DNA from: a virus
Taxonomy: Duplodnaviria > Caudoviricetes
Direction: 5' to 3' (one strand)
DNA: 62,251 bases
Virus record (IMG/VR): IMGVR_UViG_3300035661_000066
Span: 1 to 62,251 of that record
The notes below the pieces were generated by a model. That model did no database searches. It was not told the DNA's origin and saw only the letters and a program-made list of their open reading frames with translations. Of this stretch, positions 8,605-16,989 are shown in pieces (position 1 is the first letter of the stretch; each line of letters begins with the position of its first letter). The position numbers and the translations under genes were made by a program.

Positions 8605-10458
8605 ATGGCAATTTTGCTCGCAGCGAATAACGCCCAGTCGACGTTGGCAACAGCCATCTCGAACACGGTGCTTACCATCCCGCTGACCCCTGGCTCGGGG
8701 GTGCTCTTCCCCCAGCCCACCACGGGCCAGTACTTTAAAATGACCCTGACGGACGCAGCTACCCAGACGCTGCGTGAGATCGTCCATGTCACGGCCGTGA
8801 CTGGTGACTCGCTGACCGTGGTGCGTGGGCAGGAGGGTACCACGGCGCTGGCCTGGAACGCCGGTGACTTCGCCATCAACATGTTTACCGCGGGCACCTT
8901 CCAGGCGCTGGCCCAGCAGCAGCAGGCGCAAGCTGGCCAGTTCAACTACGCCATGGACACCGGCACGCCTAACGCCTACGTCATCACGCTGGCCCCAGCG
9001 CCGCTCAGCGACATCCAGGCGGGGATGCCGATCATGTTCACGGCCAACAACCCCAACCCGGCTGGCGACTCAACCCTGACGGTCAACGGCAACACGGCAC
9101 CGCTGATCAATCAAGGGGGCGGCGCGCTGTACCCCAACCAGATCACGGCGGGAGCCATCGTTGAGGTGTACTACGTCGCCGCGAGCTCGGCCTACGTGCT
9201 GGCCTGGTCCTCGACGAACTTGCCCTACGTGGCAGCCGACAGCCAGACGGGGTCCGGTATCCTGCCGGCGGGCACGACCGCCCAACGCTCGGCAAGTCCG
9301 GCTGGTGGCTTCATCCGCTACAACACCACCCTGCAGACCTACGAGGCTTACTTTCCAAGTACCACGAGCTGGGGGTCCTTGTCGAATGCCCAACCGCTGC
9401 TTGCCGCCACCCCAACGTCATTCAAGAATCTGATCGTGAACGGCGCGATGCGCGTAGCGCAGCAGTACGGGAACGCGGCGCAGAATGCCGTTGCAAATGG
9501 CACTTGGGTGATTGACCAGTGGAAATATGCGGCATCTGTCGCCGGTCTATTCAACGCGCAACAGGTAGCCGGCCCTGCCGCTTTGGGGTTTGATTCGTAC
9601 CTTCAATTCACGTCCGCGAGCGCCTATACTCCCGCAAGTGGTGATAACAATTATCTGCATCAGATCATCGAGGCGCAGAACATCACGGCACTTGCATGGG
9701 GAACGCCAAACGCCAAGCCGATTAGCCTGCAATTTGTCGTAAACGTATCCGTTGCTGGCACCTATAGCGGCAGCATTCGAAATATCGCTGGCACGAGAAG
9801 CTACCCGTTTTCGTTCTCTGTGCCGCAGGCAAACACAGACACGCTGATTACGATTCCGAACATTCCGGGAGACCAGACGGGCACATGGACGCTGACTGGT
9901 ACGGCTGGCGCGCTGGTTGTTAGCTTCTCGCTTGGCTGTGGGGCAAACTTCCTTGGTGCGGCTGGGGTATGGTCGTCTGGCAATCTTATCGGGGCGACTG
10001 ACGCGACGCAGATCAGCGCAACGAACGGCGCTACCTTCAAGATTACCGGCGTGCAGCTTGAAGCAGCACCGTTTTGCACGGCGTTCGAGCGGCCGACGCC
10101 GGAGGCGGAGCTGCTGCGTTGCCAGCGGTACCTGCCGAGCTGGGTTGCGCCGTCATCCTATGATCAGCTTGGATCAGGGTTTGTATATTCGGCTACCCGA
10201 TTTGTGTTCTCTGTCAATTTCGTGGCACCTGCTCGTGTGCCGCCGACGGGGGTGGCTGTTTCCGCGCTGAGTCACCTTAGCGTAAACTACGGCGGCACTT
10301 ACGTTTCACCTTCCGCCGTCGCGTTTAACCTCGCAGGTACGCGAGGTGGCCGGGTTTATGCGACGGTTTCTGGCGCCACAGTTGGTTATGGTGGCGACGT
10401 TTATTTGTATGGCAGCGGCAGCACCGCACGCTTTCTCTTTACGGGGGCACAGCTATGA
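8605..10458 (+). CDS. Tail fibre protein
   Basis: 617 aa; LTVVRGQEGT N-terminal module, KNLIVNGAM..DQW, GVQLE..FE..ELLRCQRY fibre motifs. Confidence 0.85.
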   Translation: MAILLAANNAQSTLATAISNTVLTIPLTPGSGVLFPQPTTGQYFKMTLTDAATQTLREIVHVTAVTGDSLTVVRGQEGTTALAWNAGDFAINMFTAGTFQALAQQQQAQAGQFNYAMDTGTPNAYVITLAPAPLSDIQAGMPIMFTANNPNPAGDSTLTVNGNTAPLINQGGGALYPNQITAGAIVEVYYVAASSAYVLAWSSTNLPYVAADSQTGSGILPAGTTAQRSASPAGGFIRYNTTLQTYEAYFPSTTSWGSLSNAQPLLAATPTSFKNLIVNGAMRVAQQYGNAAQNAVANGTWVIDQWKYAASVAGLFNAQQVAGPAALGFDSYLQFTSASAYTPASGDNNYLHQIIEAQNITALAWGTPNAKPISLQFVVNVSVAGTYSGSIRNIAGTRSYPFSFSVPQANTDTLITIPNIPGDQTGTWTLTGTAGALVVSFSLGCGANFLGAAGVWSSGNLIGATDATQISATNGATFKITGVQLEAAPFCTAFERPTPEAELLRCQRYLPSWVAPSSYDQLGSGFVYSATRFVFSVNFVAPARVPPTGVAVSALSHLSVNYGGTYVSPSAVAFNLAGTRGGRVYATVSGATVGYGGDVYLYGSGSTARFLFTGAQL

Positions 10459-10631
10459 TGCAAGGCACACCTACTGCGTGGCAGTACACTGACGACAAGA
10501 AGAGCGTGGTTACGCGCACCTACCCCGACGGCTCGATGGAGTCGTGCGTGGCCACCCGCGACGACGTTGTGGCCTGGGTGGCAGCCGGCAACACGATTCA
10601 ACCGGCACCGGACCTAGCAGCAAAGCAGTAA
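10455..10631 (+). CDS. Tail fibre assembly/chaperone-like small protein (58 aa, absent from the ORF track)
   Basis: ATGA overlap with the fibre stop; MMQGTP...AWVAAGNTIQPA. Confidence 0.65.
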   Translation: MMQGTPTAWQYTDDKKSVVTRTYPDGSMESCVATRDDVVAWVAAGNTIQPAPDLAAKQ

Positions 10632-10742
10632 TGTAGCACCATAGCTCAGTCGTCCCAGGGCCGAGCGAGCACAGGTCCCAGCCGGCCACAAGCTGGCTGG
10701 GGTCACCAACCAAGCCGAGCCCGAGGACAAGAGGCGAGCATT

Positions 10743-11048
10743 ATGGAATCTTTCAAAATCTTCATGGATATTGCAATGCCCATCGCTACGGGGCTGCTGA
10801 CCATCGTTATCACGATGATGTACCACTGGATGAAGGTGCAGGACAACGCGGATCGCGATAACGCTAGAGACATCCGGGACGTCAAGGACGCCCTGTACAA
10901 CCACCGTGAGCACGTGGCCACGTACTACGTGACCCGTGACGCGCTGGAGCGCACCGAGGCTAAATTCGAAACGGAGCTCAAGGATCTCGGTCAGAAGGTA
11001 GACCGCGTGCTGGAGCTGCTTCACAACAAGGCAGACCGGGACCACTAA
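10743..11048 (+). CDS. Single-TM coiled-coil membrane protein (holin-, antiholin- or i-spanin-like)
   Basis: N-terminal hydrophobic helix then charged helix; directly upstream of endolysin. Confidence 0.6.
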   Translation: MESFKIFMDIAMPIATGLLTIVITMMYHWMKVQDNADRDNARDIRDVKDALYNHREHVATYYVTRDALERTEAKFETELKDLGQKVDRVLELLHNKADRDH

Positions 11049-11059
11049 GGAGATATCGC

Positions 11060-11557
11060 ATGGCCACCATCACTGCAGCCCAGGCCGGTAGTCAGAACGT
11101 CGTTGCCTTTCTGGACATGATCGCCATTAGTGAGCTGGGGCCAGCCCTGCTCAAGGCCTCGGATGACGGGTACAACGTGATCGTCGGGTCTACCGCGTCT
11201 AAACCCATCCTGTTCCACAGCTACGCGTCCCATCCCAACCGGCTGATCAAGCCACCCTTGATCCCGGTGCCTAGCTCGGCTGCCGGCCGCTACCAGTTGC
11301 TGGCCCACTACTTCGACACCTACAAGGTGCAGTTGCGGCTTCCCGACTTCGGGCCGCTGAGCCAAGACCGTATCGCCATCCAGCAGATCCGGGAGCGCCG
11401 CGCGTTGCCCCTGCTGCTGGCGGGGGACTTTAAGGGGGCGGTCGAGGCGTGCAATACCATCTGGGCCAGCCTGACCGGCAGCCCGTACAAGCAGCACACC
11501 CACCCCATCGACTACCTGGCTCAGGCTTACACCAAGGCCGGTGGGATCATTGTGTAA
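11060..11557 (+). CDS. Endolysin, lambda R-like transglycosylase
   Basis: AFLDMIAISE, SSAAGRYQLL, DFGPLSQD, IWASLTGSPYKQ motifs. Confidence 0.93.
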   Translation: MATITAAQAGSQNVVAFLDMIAISELGPALLKASDDGYNVIVGSTASKPILFHSYASHPNRLIKPPLIPVPSSAAGRYQLLAHYFDTYKVQLRLPDFGPLSQDRIAIQQIRERRALPLLLAGDFKGAVEACNTIWASLTGSPYKQHTHPIDYLAQAYTKAGGIIV

Positions 11558-11577
11558 CCAGAGGAGAGAACAAGGCA

Positions 11578-12189
11578 ATGCAACAAACCCTTCAGACATT
11601 CACGCTAGGCGATCTGGCGCAGTACACGGCGGAGGGCCAATACTCCGCCAACGCGTCCCGAGACTTCCAGCTGTTCTTCGTCGGCCGTGACGACGTCCAT
11701 GATGTGCTTAAACATGTGTTAAGACGAGTCTCGTCCAGCCTGTACCTGAGCATGTTCGGCTACGACGATGACGAGCTTAATGACCTGATCATGGGCATCG
11801 TCCACAATCCCAGCATCACCTGCCTGATCACGCTGGACAAGAGCCAGGCGGGCGGCGTGCACGAGAAGCGCCTGCTGGACTCGGATGCCGCCAAGGACCC
11901 GATCGGCTTCAACACCCACTTCGTGATCGGCCAGTCATCGACCCACCAGATCAACCACACCAAGGGCTTTGTCGCCGATGGCCTGGTGGGTGGGGAAGGT
12001 TCCACCAACTGGTCGACCAGCGGCGAGGGTACCTTTGTCGTGACTGGACAGGCTGGCGGCAAGGGCTACAAGGCGCAGAACAACACCCAAACCATCTTCA
12101 CCTGCCCGGATGCGGTGCGTCGCTTTCAGGCGCAGCTCATCGCTGAGCACATGGCAGCTCAACACCAGGCTAAAGGAGCTACGAAATGA
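11578..12189 (+). CDS. Phospholipase D / Nuc-family protein (single HKD)
   Basis: HTKGFVAD (HxKxxxxD) and GSTNWS; ATG 11578 after GAGGAG. Confidence 0.85.
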   Translation: MQQTLQTFTLGDLAQYTAEGQYSANASRDFQLFFVGRDDVHDVLKHVLRRVSSSLYLSMFGYDDDELNDLIMGIVHNPSITCLITLDKSQAGGVHEKRLLDSDAAKDPIGFNTHFVIGQSSTHQINHTKGFVADGLVGGEGSTNWSTSGEGTFVVTGQAGGKGYKAQNNTQTIFTCPDAVRRFQAQLIAEHMAAQHQAKGATK

Positions 12190-12419
12190 ATCTCCCCCAA
12201 CTTTCGGATAACACCCGTAAGACCCTGAACATCGCTGGGCTGCTCGCTATCTGGGGTGGCATGGTGATCTCGGGTCACGCCTCGACCCCAGCCGAGGTGC
12301 AGTTTCTCAACGTGATCCAGGCAATGCTCGCTGGGCTGAGTGTCCATGCGTCCTACGTGGCTGGCGTCGCTACCGTGCAGGTCCAGGTGGCCCAGCCGCA
12401 ACCCAACAAGGAGAGCTAA
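12186..12419 (+). CDS. Putative holin (two TM segments)
   Basis: 77 aa with two hydrophobic helices, in lysis cluster. Confidence 0.55.
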   Translation: MNLPQLSDNTRKTLNIAGLLAIWGGMVISGHASTPAEVQFLNVIQAMLAGLSVHASYVAGVATVQVQVAQPQPNKES

Positions 12420-12420
12420 C

Positions 12421-12873
12421 ATGATTGATAAAGACCACCGTGGCATCATTACCACGCTGACCGCCGCCGGCTTCATGTCCGCCATCTGCCTGTCAATTAG
12501 CTTGCTGACCGCCTGCGTCACCGTCCCGCAACCCCAACCGGTGCCGGTGAGCCAGCTGCTCCAGCAAGGTTGCCCTTCGGTGCAGGCCGTGAACCAGGTG
12601 CTCCTGGTACCCGGCACCCTGTCGCCGCAGGGGCTGGCTATGCTTCAGCAGATCGCTCCGGTCGTGGATCTGGTGTGCCGCACCGGCTCCCAGCTTAAGC
12701 CCGAGGACACGGCCCAGCTAGCTCGCCAGATTCCGGAGCTGGTCAGGTTGATCCAGGAGTCGACCCTGCCTGAGGAGCGCAAGACGCGCGACACGGTGGC
12801 GCTGACCCTGCTAGCGGCTGCATTGAATCAGCAGGTGCCTCCGCTGCAACCCACCGCGAGTCAAGCCAAATGA
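12421..12873 (+). CDS. Lipoprotein (possible spanin-type function)
   Basis: Hydrophobic signal ending in lipobox LTAC; RBS AAGGAG. Confidence 0.65.
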   Translation: MIDKDHRGIITTLTAAGFMSAICLSISLLTACVTVPQPQPVPVSQLLQQGCPSVQAVNQVLLVPGTLSPQGLAMLQQIAPVVDLVCRTGSQLKPEDTAQLARQIPELVRLIQESTLPEERKTRDTVALTLLAAALNQQVPPLQPTASQAK

Positions 12874-13670
12874 AGCCACTTCGCCTAGCCTTTAGCGGCT
12901 CCGGCTTCCGCCTGGGCGCCCACGTGGGTGCCTTGGAGGCGGCGCTCCAGGTTGGATTTACACCGGTCGAGCTGGCAGGCACGTCCGGGGGCGCCATCGT
13001 TGCGTCCCTGTATGCCTGCGGGATGGGCGCTAAGGAGCTTGAGACCCTATTCCTTGCAACTGACTGGGGCAAGTTCCTGACGCTTGATCTATGGTCGGGG
13101 GTGCGCCGCGGCGGCTACTGCGCTGGGGATGCCTTGCTGGAGCTGCTGCTGGACAAGACGCAGGGCAAGACCTTCAAAGACCTGCAGGTGGAGCTGAAGG
13201 TGGTAGCAGCGGACCTGGTCACCAACTCGGAGGTCATCCTCAGCCGTGAGACCACCCCTGACATGCCGGTGGGCCTGGCAGCTCGTGCCTCGGCGTCCAT
13301 CCCGTTCGTCTTCGTGCCGGTGACCTACAAGGACTGGCTGCTGGTAGATGGTGGCTGCTGTGATAACATCCCGGCGGATCACTTGATCGCGGACGAGGTG
13401 CCGCGGGTGGGGATCCAGCTGACGGAGCCGGCGGCGCGACTGGACGCTGGCAGCTACAGCGTGCTGGACATGGCTGGTCGTGTGCTAGATCTGGTGCTAG
13501 CCTCCAGCGAGGCGGGGCGCGCGCTGGCAGCGCAGCGTAACCAAGCTCATATCGTGGAGGTGCCAACCAGCTACGCCTCTAGTCTAGACACCAAGATGAC
13601 CTTCGCCACCCGCCAGCGCCTGTTGGCTGACGGCTACCGGCTAAGCGCCAAGCTCCTCAAGACGCTGTAA
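12870..13670 (+). CDS. Patatin-like phospholipase
   Basis: SGSGFR Gly loop, GTSGG nucleophile, ASASIP, DGG catalytic motif. Confidence 0.93.
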   Translation: MKPLRLAFSGSGFRLGAHVGALEAALQVGFTPVELAGTSGGAIVASLYACGMGAKELETLFLATDWGKFLTLDLWSGVRRGGYCAGDALLELLLDKTQGKTFKDLQVELKVVAADLVTNSEVILSRETTPDMPVGLAARASASIPFVFVPVTYKDWLLVDGGCCDNIPADHLIADEVPRVGIQLTEPAARLDAGSYSVLDMAGRVLDLVLASSEAGRALAAQRNQAHIVEVPTSYASSLDTKMTFATRQRLLADGYRLSAKLLKTL

Positions 13671-13681
13671 CCAGGGCCGCC

Positions 13682-13954
13682 CTAGCGGCGGCCTCTCCTG
13701 TCCCCATCTGCCTCTCGCACCCAATTGAGCCTAGCCTCCTCAGCCTGTGCCTTAGCCGCCAGCAGCGCCGCCCCCAGCTCAGGATCGCCTGGGCAGTCCT
13801 GCAGACGCTGCGCCAGCAGCTCCTGCAGCGCGAGCGCTTCCCGGTAGGCCAGCCACGCCTTGGCGCGCCGCTGCACCTTGGGCAGATGGGCGAGCAGCAG
13901 GATCAGCAAGCCTAGGCTGGTTAGCAGCCACAGCGACAGCATGATGTAGGCCAT
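13682..13954 (-). CDS. Hypothetical membrane protein
   Basis: N-terminal TM helix, RBS GGAGGAG; last gene of the minus arm. Confidence 0.7.
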   Translation of the reverse strand: MAYIMLSLWLLTSLGLLILLLAHLPKVQRRAKAWLAYREALALQELLAQRLQDCPGDPELGAALLAAKAQAEEARLNWVREADGDRRGRR

Positions 13955-13978
13955 GTCAGTTCTCCTCCGTAGATGCGT

Positions 13979-14128
13979 CTAGCGCCGAGGCTTCAGCGCG
14001 TGCTTCGAGGGCTTCAGGCTGGCGACGAGCTCTAGACACCGCTCCCGGTGGCTCTTGCAGGGGGGCTTCTCGTCGTCCCGGTCCCAGGTCAGCCCGCAGC
14101 GGCGACAGTGGTACTGGTTGCTGCTCAT
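13979..14128 (-). CDS. Small Cys-rich hypothetical protein
   Basis: CRRCGLTWD..PPC; start uncertain. Confidence 0.55.
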   Translation of the reverse strand: MSSNQYHCRRCGLTWDRDDEKPPCKSHRERCLELVASLKPSKHALKPRR

Positions 14129-14144
14129 CAGCCGCGCCTGGCAG

Positions 14145-14750
14145 TCAGTCGTGCCCATGCTGCAGTGGCTCCCGTGGTTGGTGGAAGCTGTCAGGTGGGG
14201 CTTGCAGGCAGAGCACCCCGTTGGCCAGCCACATGTCGACCACCCGCTGGCGGTCCTCAAAGGCAGCTGCTAGGCGGCAGCGCTTGGTTGGAGCCAGGGA
14301 GTCAAGCCAGCCCTCCTTGAGCCGGTAGTCCGGCGTGAAGTCACCACGCTGCCGCATGGTTATCATACGGCACAGTTGGTCACGTCCCAGCTGCGTGTGA
14401 TGCCGCAACCAGTCAAGCGTCTGGCTGTAGACCTCGTCCGAGCGCCCGGTCCAGATCTCTACCTCCGCACCGCTAAGCAGCAGGGACCTAAGCAGCTGGA
14501 TCATTGGCCAGATGGGGCTGTCATGCACGCAGGCCTGGTAAAAGGCGCGGTAGTTCTTCTTGAAGTCAGGATCTTGACCGGTCACGCCGCACACGGGGCA
14601 GGTGGCACCCAGCGCCACCCCGGCCGGGTTGTCGGCCCGCACCTCACCCAGGCAGTGCGGGCAAGGCGGCGTGGTGATCCAGGCCAGTCGGTGCCGGCAA
14701 TCGGCCAGCGTGCCGTCGAGGTCGAAGATGTAGAGCGGTTGGTTAGTCAC
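14145..14750 (-). CDS. HAD-family phosphatase (PNKP 3'-phosphatase-like) with CxxC-CxxC insert
   Basis: IFDLDGTLAD, WTGR, FEDR motifs; GTG start near 14750. Confidence 0.85.
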   Translation of the reverse strand: MTNQPLYIFDLDGTLADCRHRLAWITTPPCPHCLGEVRADNPAGVALGATCPVCGVTGQDPDFKKNYRAFYQACVHDSPIWPMIQLLRSLLLSGAEVEIWTGRSDEVYSQTLDWLRHHTQLGRDQLCRMITMRQRGDFTPDYRLKEGWLDSLAPTKRCRLAAAFEDRQRVVDMWLANGVLCLQAPPDSFHQPREPLQHGHD

Positions 14751-15039
14751 AGTGCTTCTCCGTGATGGCATTAGGTGTGATAGTTGCGGCCACCCGCACC
14801 GAGCAGACGTGTACGTTGCAAAGCGGACCATCCACGTACGCGCAGCCCACGGCGCGGTAGACCTGGCATTGTTGGCGGGCTTGGCTAACAGTCGGTTGCT
14901 GCTCCAACCGCGCGCGAAGCTCGGCCGCTGCGCGCTCAGCCAGTTGGAGGGCCTCGCCAAAGTTAGCATGCGCCACAGCTAGGCGGGTCACGGTCTGGTT
15001 GATCTGATCCAACAGCTCAGAAAGTTGCTCCATGGTCAC
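14743..15039 (-). CDS. Hypothetical protein, coiled coil plus Cys cluster
   Basis: Overlaps both neighbours; GCAYVDGPLC. Confidence 0.65.
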   Translation of the reverse strand: MTMEQLSELLDQINQTVTRLAVAHANFGEALQLAERAAAELRARLEQQPTVSQARQQCQVYRAVGCAYVDGPLCNVHVCSVRVAATITPNAITEKHCD

Positions 15040-15260
15040 AGCTCCTCGTCATTTAGAAAGTCGTCCTGCCGCTCCTGGCGCAGTCGCTTGGCCTCAGCCC
15101 GGTCCTCGATTTTACGCCGCGCCTCGCAGCGCCGCTTGTCAGCTGGGGTGGCCCTGGTGGACGACACCTCCAGGCGGCCCCACAGCTCCTCCTTGCGCAG
15201 CCGCCGCTTGTTGCCGTACTGCAGGCGGTAGGCGGCGCGCAGCACATGCTGGCTTGTCAT
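15036..15260 (-). CDS. Hypothetical basic protein
   Basis: ATGA-coupled to the deaminase gene. Confidence 0.6.
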   Translation of the reverse strand: MTSQHVLRAAYRLQYGNKRRLRKEELWGRLEVSSTRATPADKRRCEARRKIEDRAEAKRLRQERQDDFLNDEEL

Positions 15261-15874
15261 GGTTGGCTCCAGTCCCGCACCCACAACTTCTCAGGCGCGT
15301 GCTGCACCCACAGCCGGCCGGCGCTCTCCCACAGCTCGCGGGCTGCCGAGTGCGGGTACTCGTCCAGGTAGACGATCCGCACGCAGCTGGTGTTGAGCAG
15401 CAGCTTGGTACAGGTCATGCAGGGGCTGGCTGTGACGTAGCAAGCACTGATAGCGTGGATATCAGGGCACTGGAGTAAGGCATTCTGCTCGGCGTGGATC
15501 GCCTGACAGGCGTCCAGGCTCTGGCCGCTCGGTGCTTCGGCCCCAGCGCAGGCATGTGGGTAGTGGTCGTCGAAGCCGACGCACTGGCGGGCACCCCCGG
15601 TATAGAGCTTAGCGGCGTACTTGATTACCGACTGACTGCCGCTCACCTGCCAGTAGTCCCCCAGGTCAGCGACTCTCGGATCGTCGTGGTAGATGGGTGA
15701 CTGCGCACGTTCATTGCAATGAGGCTGGCCAGCTGCTACGCCGTTGTAGCCGGTGGCCAGCACGTGACCCCGGGCATTGAGCAGCACGGCGCCAACGGCG
15801 CGGCGCTTGCAAGTGGTTCGCTGGGCGGTGATCAAGGCCAGCTGCATGGCCCACTCGTCTCTTGATGGTCGCAT
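15257..15874 (-). CDS. dCMP deaminase
   Basis: TGYNG, HAEQNA, SPCMTC zinc motifs. Confidence 0.92.
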   Translation of the reverse strand: MRPSRDEWAMQLALITAQRTTCKRRAVGAVLLNARGHVLATGYNGVAAGQPHCNERAQSPIYHDDPRVADLGDYWQVSGSQSVIKYAAKLYTGGARQCVGFDDHYPHACAGAEAPSGQSLDACQAIHAEQNALLQCPDIHAISACYVTASPCMTCTKLLLNTSCVRIVYLDEYPHSAARELWESAGRLWVQHAPEKLWVRDWSQP

Positions 15875-15884
15875 TGTTGTCTCC

Positions 15885-16588
15885 CTAGGAGGTTAAGCGG
15901 TGGTGGTTCGCGGTCTCAACTGGCCGATGCAGGGACTCGCCGGCGCCAGCTTCCAGCCCGGCTTCCACACCAGAGCTGTAGAACCGAGACTGACGGGTAA
16001 TGGCCGGCACGATCGGCCCGTAACGGCGCTCGATAAATTGGTTTGTGCTGGCTACCAGCTCCGCTGGCTTAGCAAAAGCTACTACGGTCCTGCTGATCGC
16101 CTCAATCCAACCGATGCAGAAGCCGTTGGCCTCAGTTGTCTTGGCGGTACGCGGCCAGTGGCTGGGCAGCTGCTGCACGTGGGCGGCGCGCGCGCCTTCG
16201 TCAGCTTGCGGAGCAGCACCTGGGCCGTGTATTGTGCGATGGGCAGCTGCGAGCTGGGGCCGACCAGGCGCCAGCTGCCGAACAGCTCCTTGGCCGTGCG
16301 TCCGTGGCTGTTGCCACGCATCCACAGCAGGTGGCAGCCAAAAGCCTCAGCGACAAGACGCATTAGCTTGAGCTCCCAGGCGGGTACCTTGGTAGAGCCA
16401 GCCGTGGAGCGGACGTCGGTCTCGTTAATCTCGCTGACGGCCACGTCCATCGTGGTCAGCCCATGCTTCTCCATGAGCTTCTGCGCTTGGCGCAAGGCGG
16501 CAGCGGCCTCATTAGGCTCGCTTGAGCTGCTGAGCGCCAGGCACTTCTTGATCTTGCGCATGATGTCGTCGCTAGGTCCGGCCATCAC
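15885..16588 (-). pseudogene. DUF2786-family gene split by a frameshift at a (GC)5 tract
   Basis: KIKKCLALS..NEAAAALRQAQKLM N-terminus; reading continues in another frame after 16186-16195. Confidence 0.75.
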
Positions 16589-16603
16589 AGGTTCCTTAGT
16601 GTC

Positions 16604-16649
16604 AGTTGCTCAATGCAAGCCGGCCCAGGCCGGCTTGCATTGAGCAACT
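16604..16649. repeat. Perfect inverted repeat, 22-bp arms with 2-nt centre
   Basis: AGTTGCTCAATGCAAGCCGGCC-CA-GGCCGGCTTGCATTGAGCAACT. Confidence 0.95.
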
Positions 16650-16867
16650 TATTCAGCGTTAAGACGGACTTCGTGCTGCACGTGGGCAATCAGCTTCTCA
16701 ACAGTCGTATCAAGAAGTTTAGCCAGCACCTTTGCATGCTTGATGGCGCTGTTATACACGCCACCCAGTGCCCCGTAGGTCAGAGCTTGACCATACTCAC
16801 TAATGAGGTACTCAGTATACAAGGTGGTGTCGAAGCGGGATTTTACCACGTCGGTGTAGGTTGTCAT
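16649..16867 (-). CDS. Hypothetical early protein
   Basis: Directly downstream of a consensus promoter and RBS GAGGAG. Confidence 0.75.
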   Translation of the reverse strand: MTTYTDVVKSRFDTTLYTEYLISEYGQALTYGALGGVYNSAIKHAKVLAKLLDTTVEKLIAHVQHEVRLNAE

Positions 16868-16871
16868 GGCG

Positions 16872-16948
16872 TGAGCTCCTCAGCAGTTGCTCGTTGATCA
16901 TGAGTCTATTATAGCCAGCTAAACCATGCTTGTAAACCATTATTTTCA
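16872..16948 (-). promoter_or_regulatory. Sigma70 promoter cassette
   Basis: TTTACA(16931-36)-N17-TATAAT(16908-13), AT-rich UP element, conserved leader. Confidence 0.9.
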
Positions 16949-16959
16949 ATTTGTGCACT

Positions 16960-16982
16960 AAAAAGCCCACTTGCGTGGGCTT
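16960..16982 (-). terminator. Intrinsic terminator
   Basis: AAGCCCAC-GCAA-GTGGGCTT then T run, after the thymidylate synthase-like gene. Confidence 0.8.
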
Positions 16983-16989
16983 GCTCAGG

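Noticed and set aside
8605-10458. Diversity-generating retroelement or invertible fibre tip
   Set aside because: No reverse transcriptase, template repeat or invertase found
10640-10715. tRNA-like start ATAGCTCAGTCG
   Set aside because: No T-loop GTTC and no acceptor stem; not a cloverleaf
12700-14300. Locally frequent CTAG tetramers
   Set aside because: Irregular spacing and likely due to CTA Leu codons; cannot be tested statistically by eye
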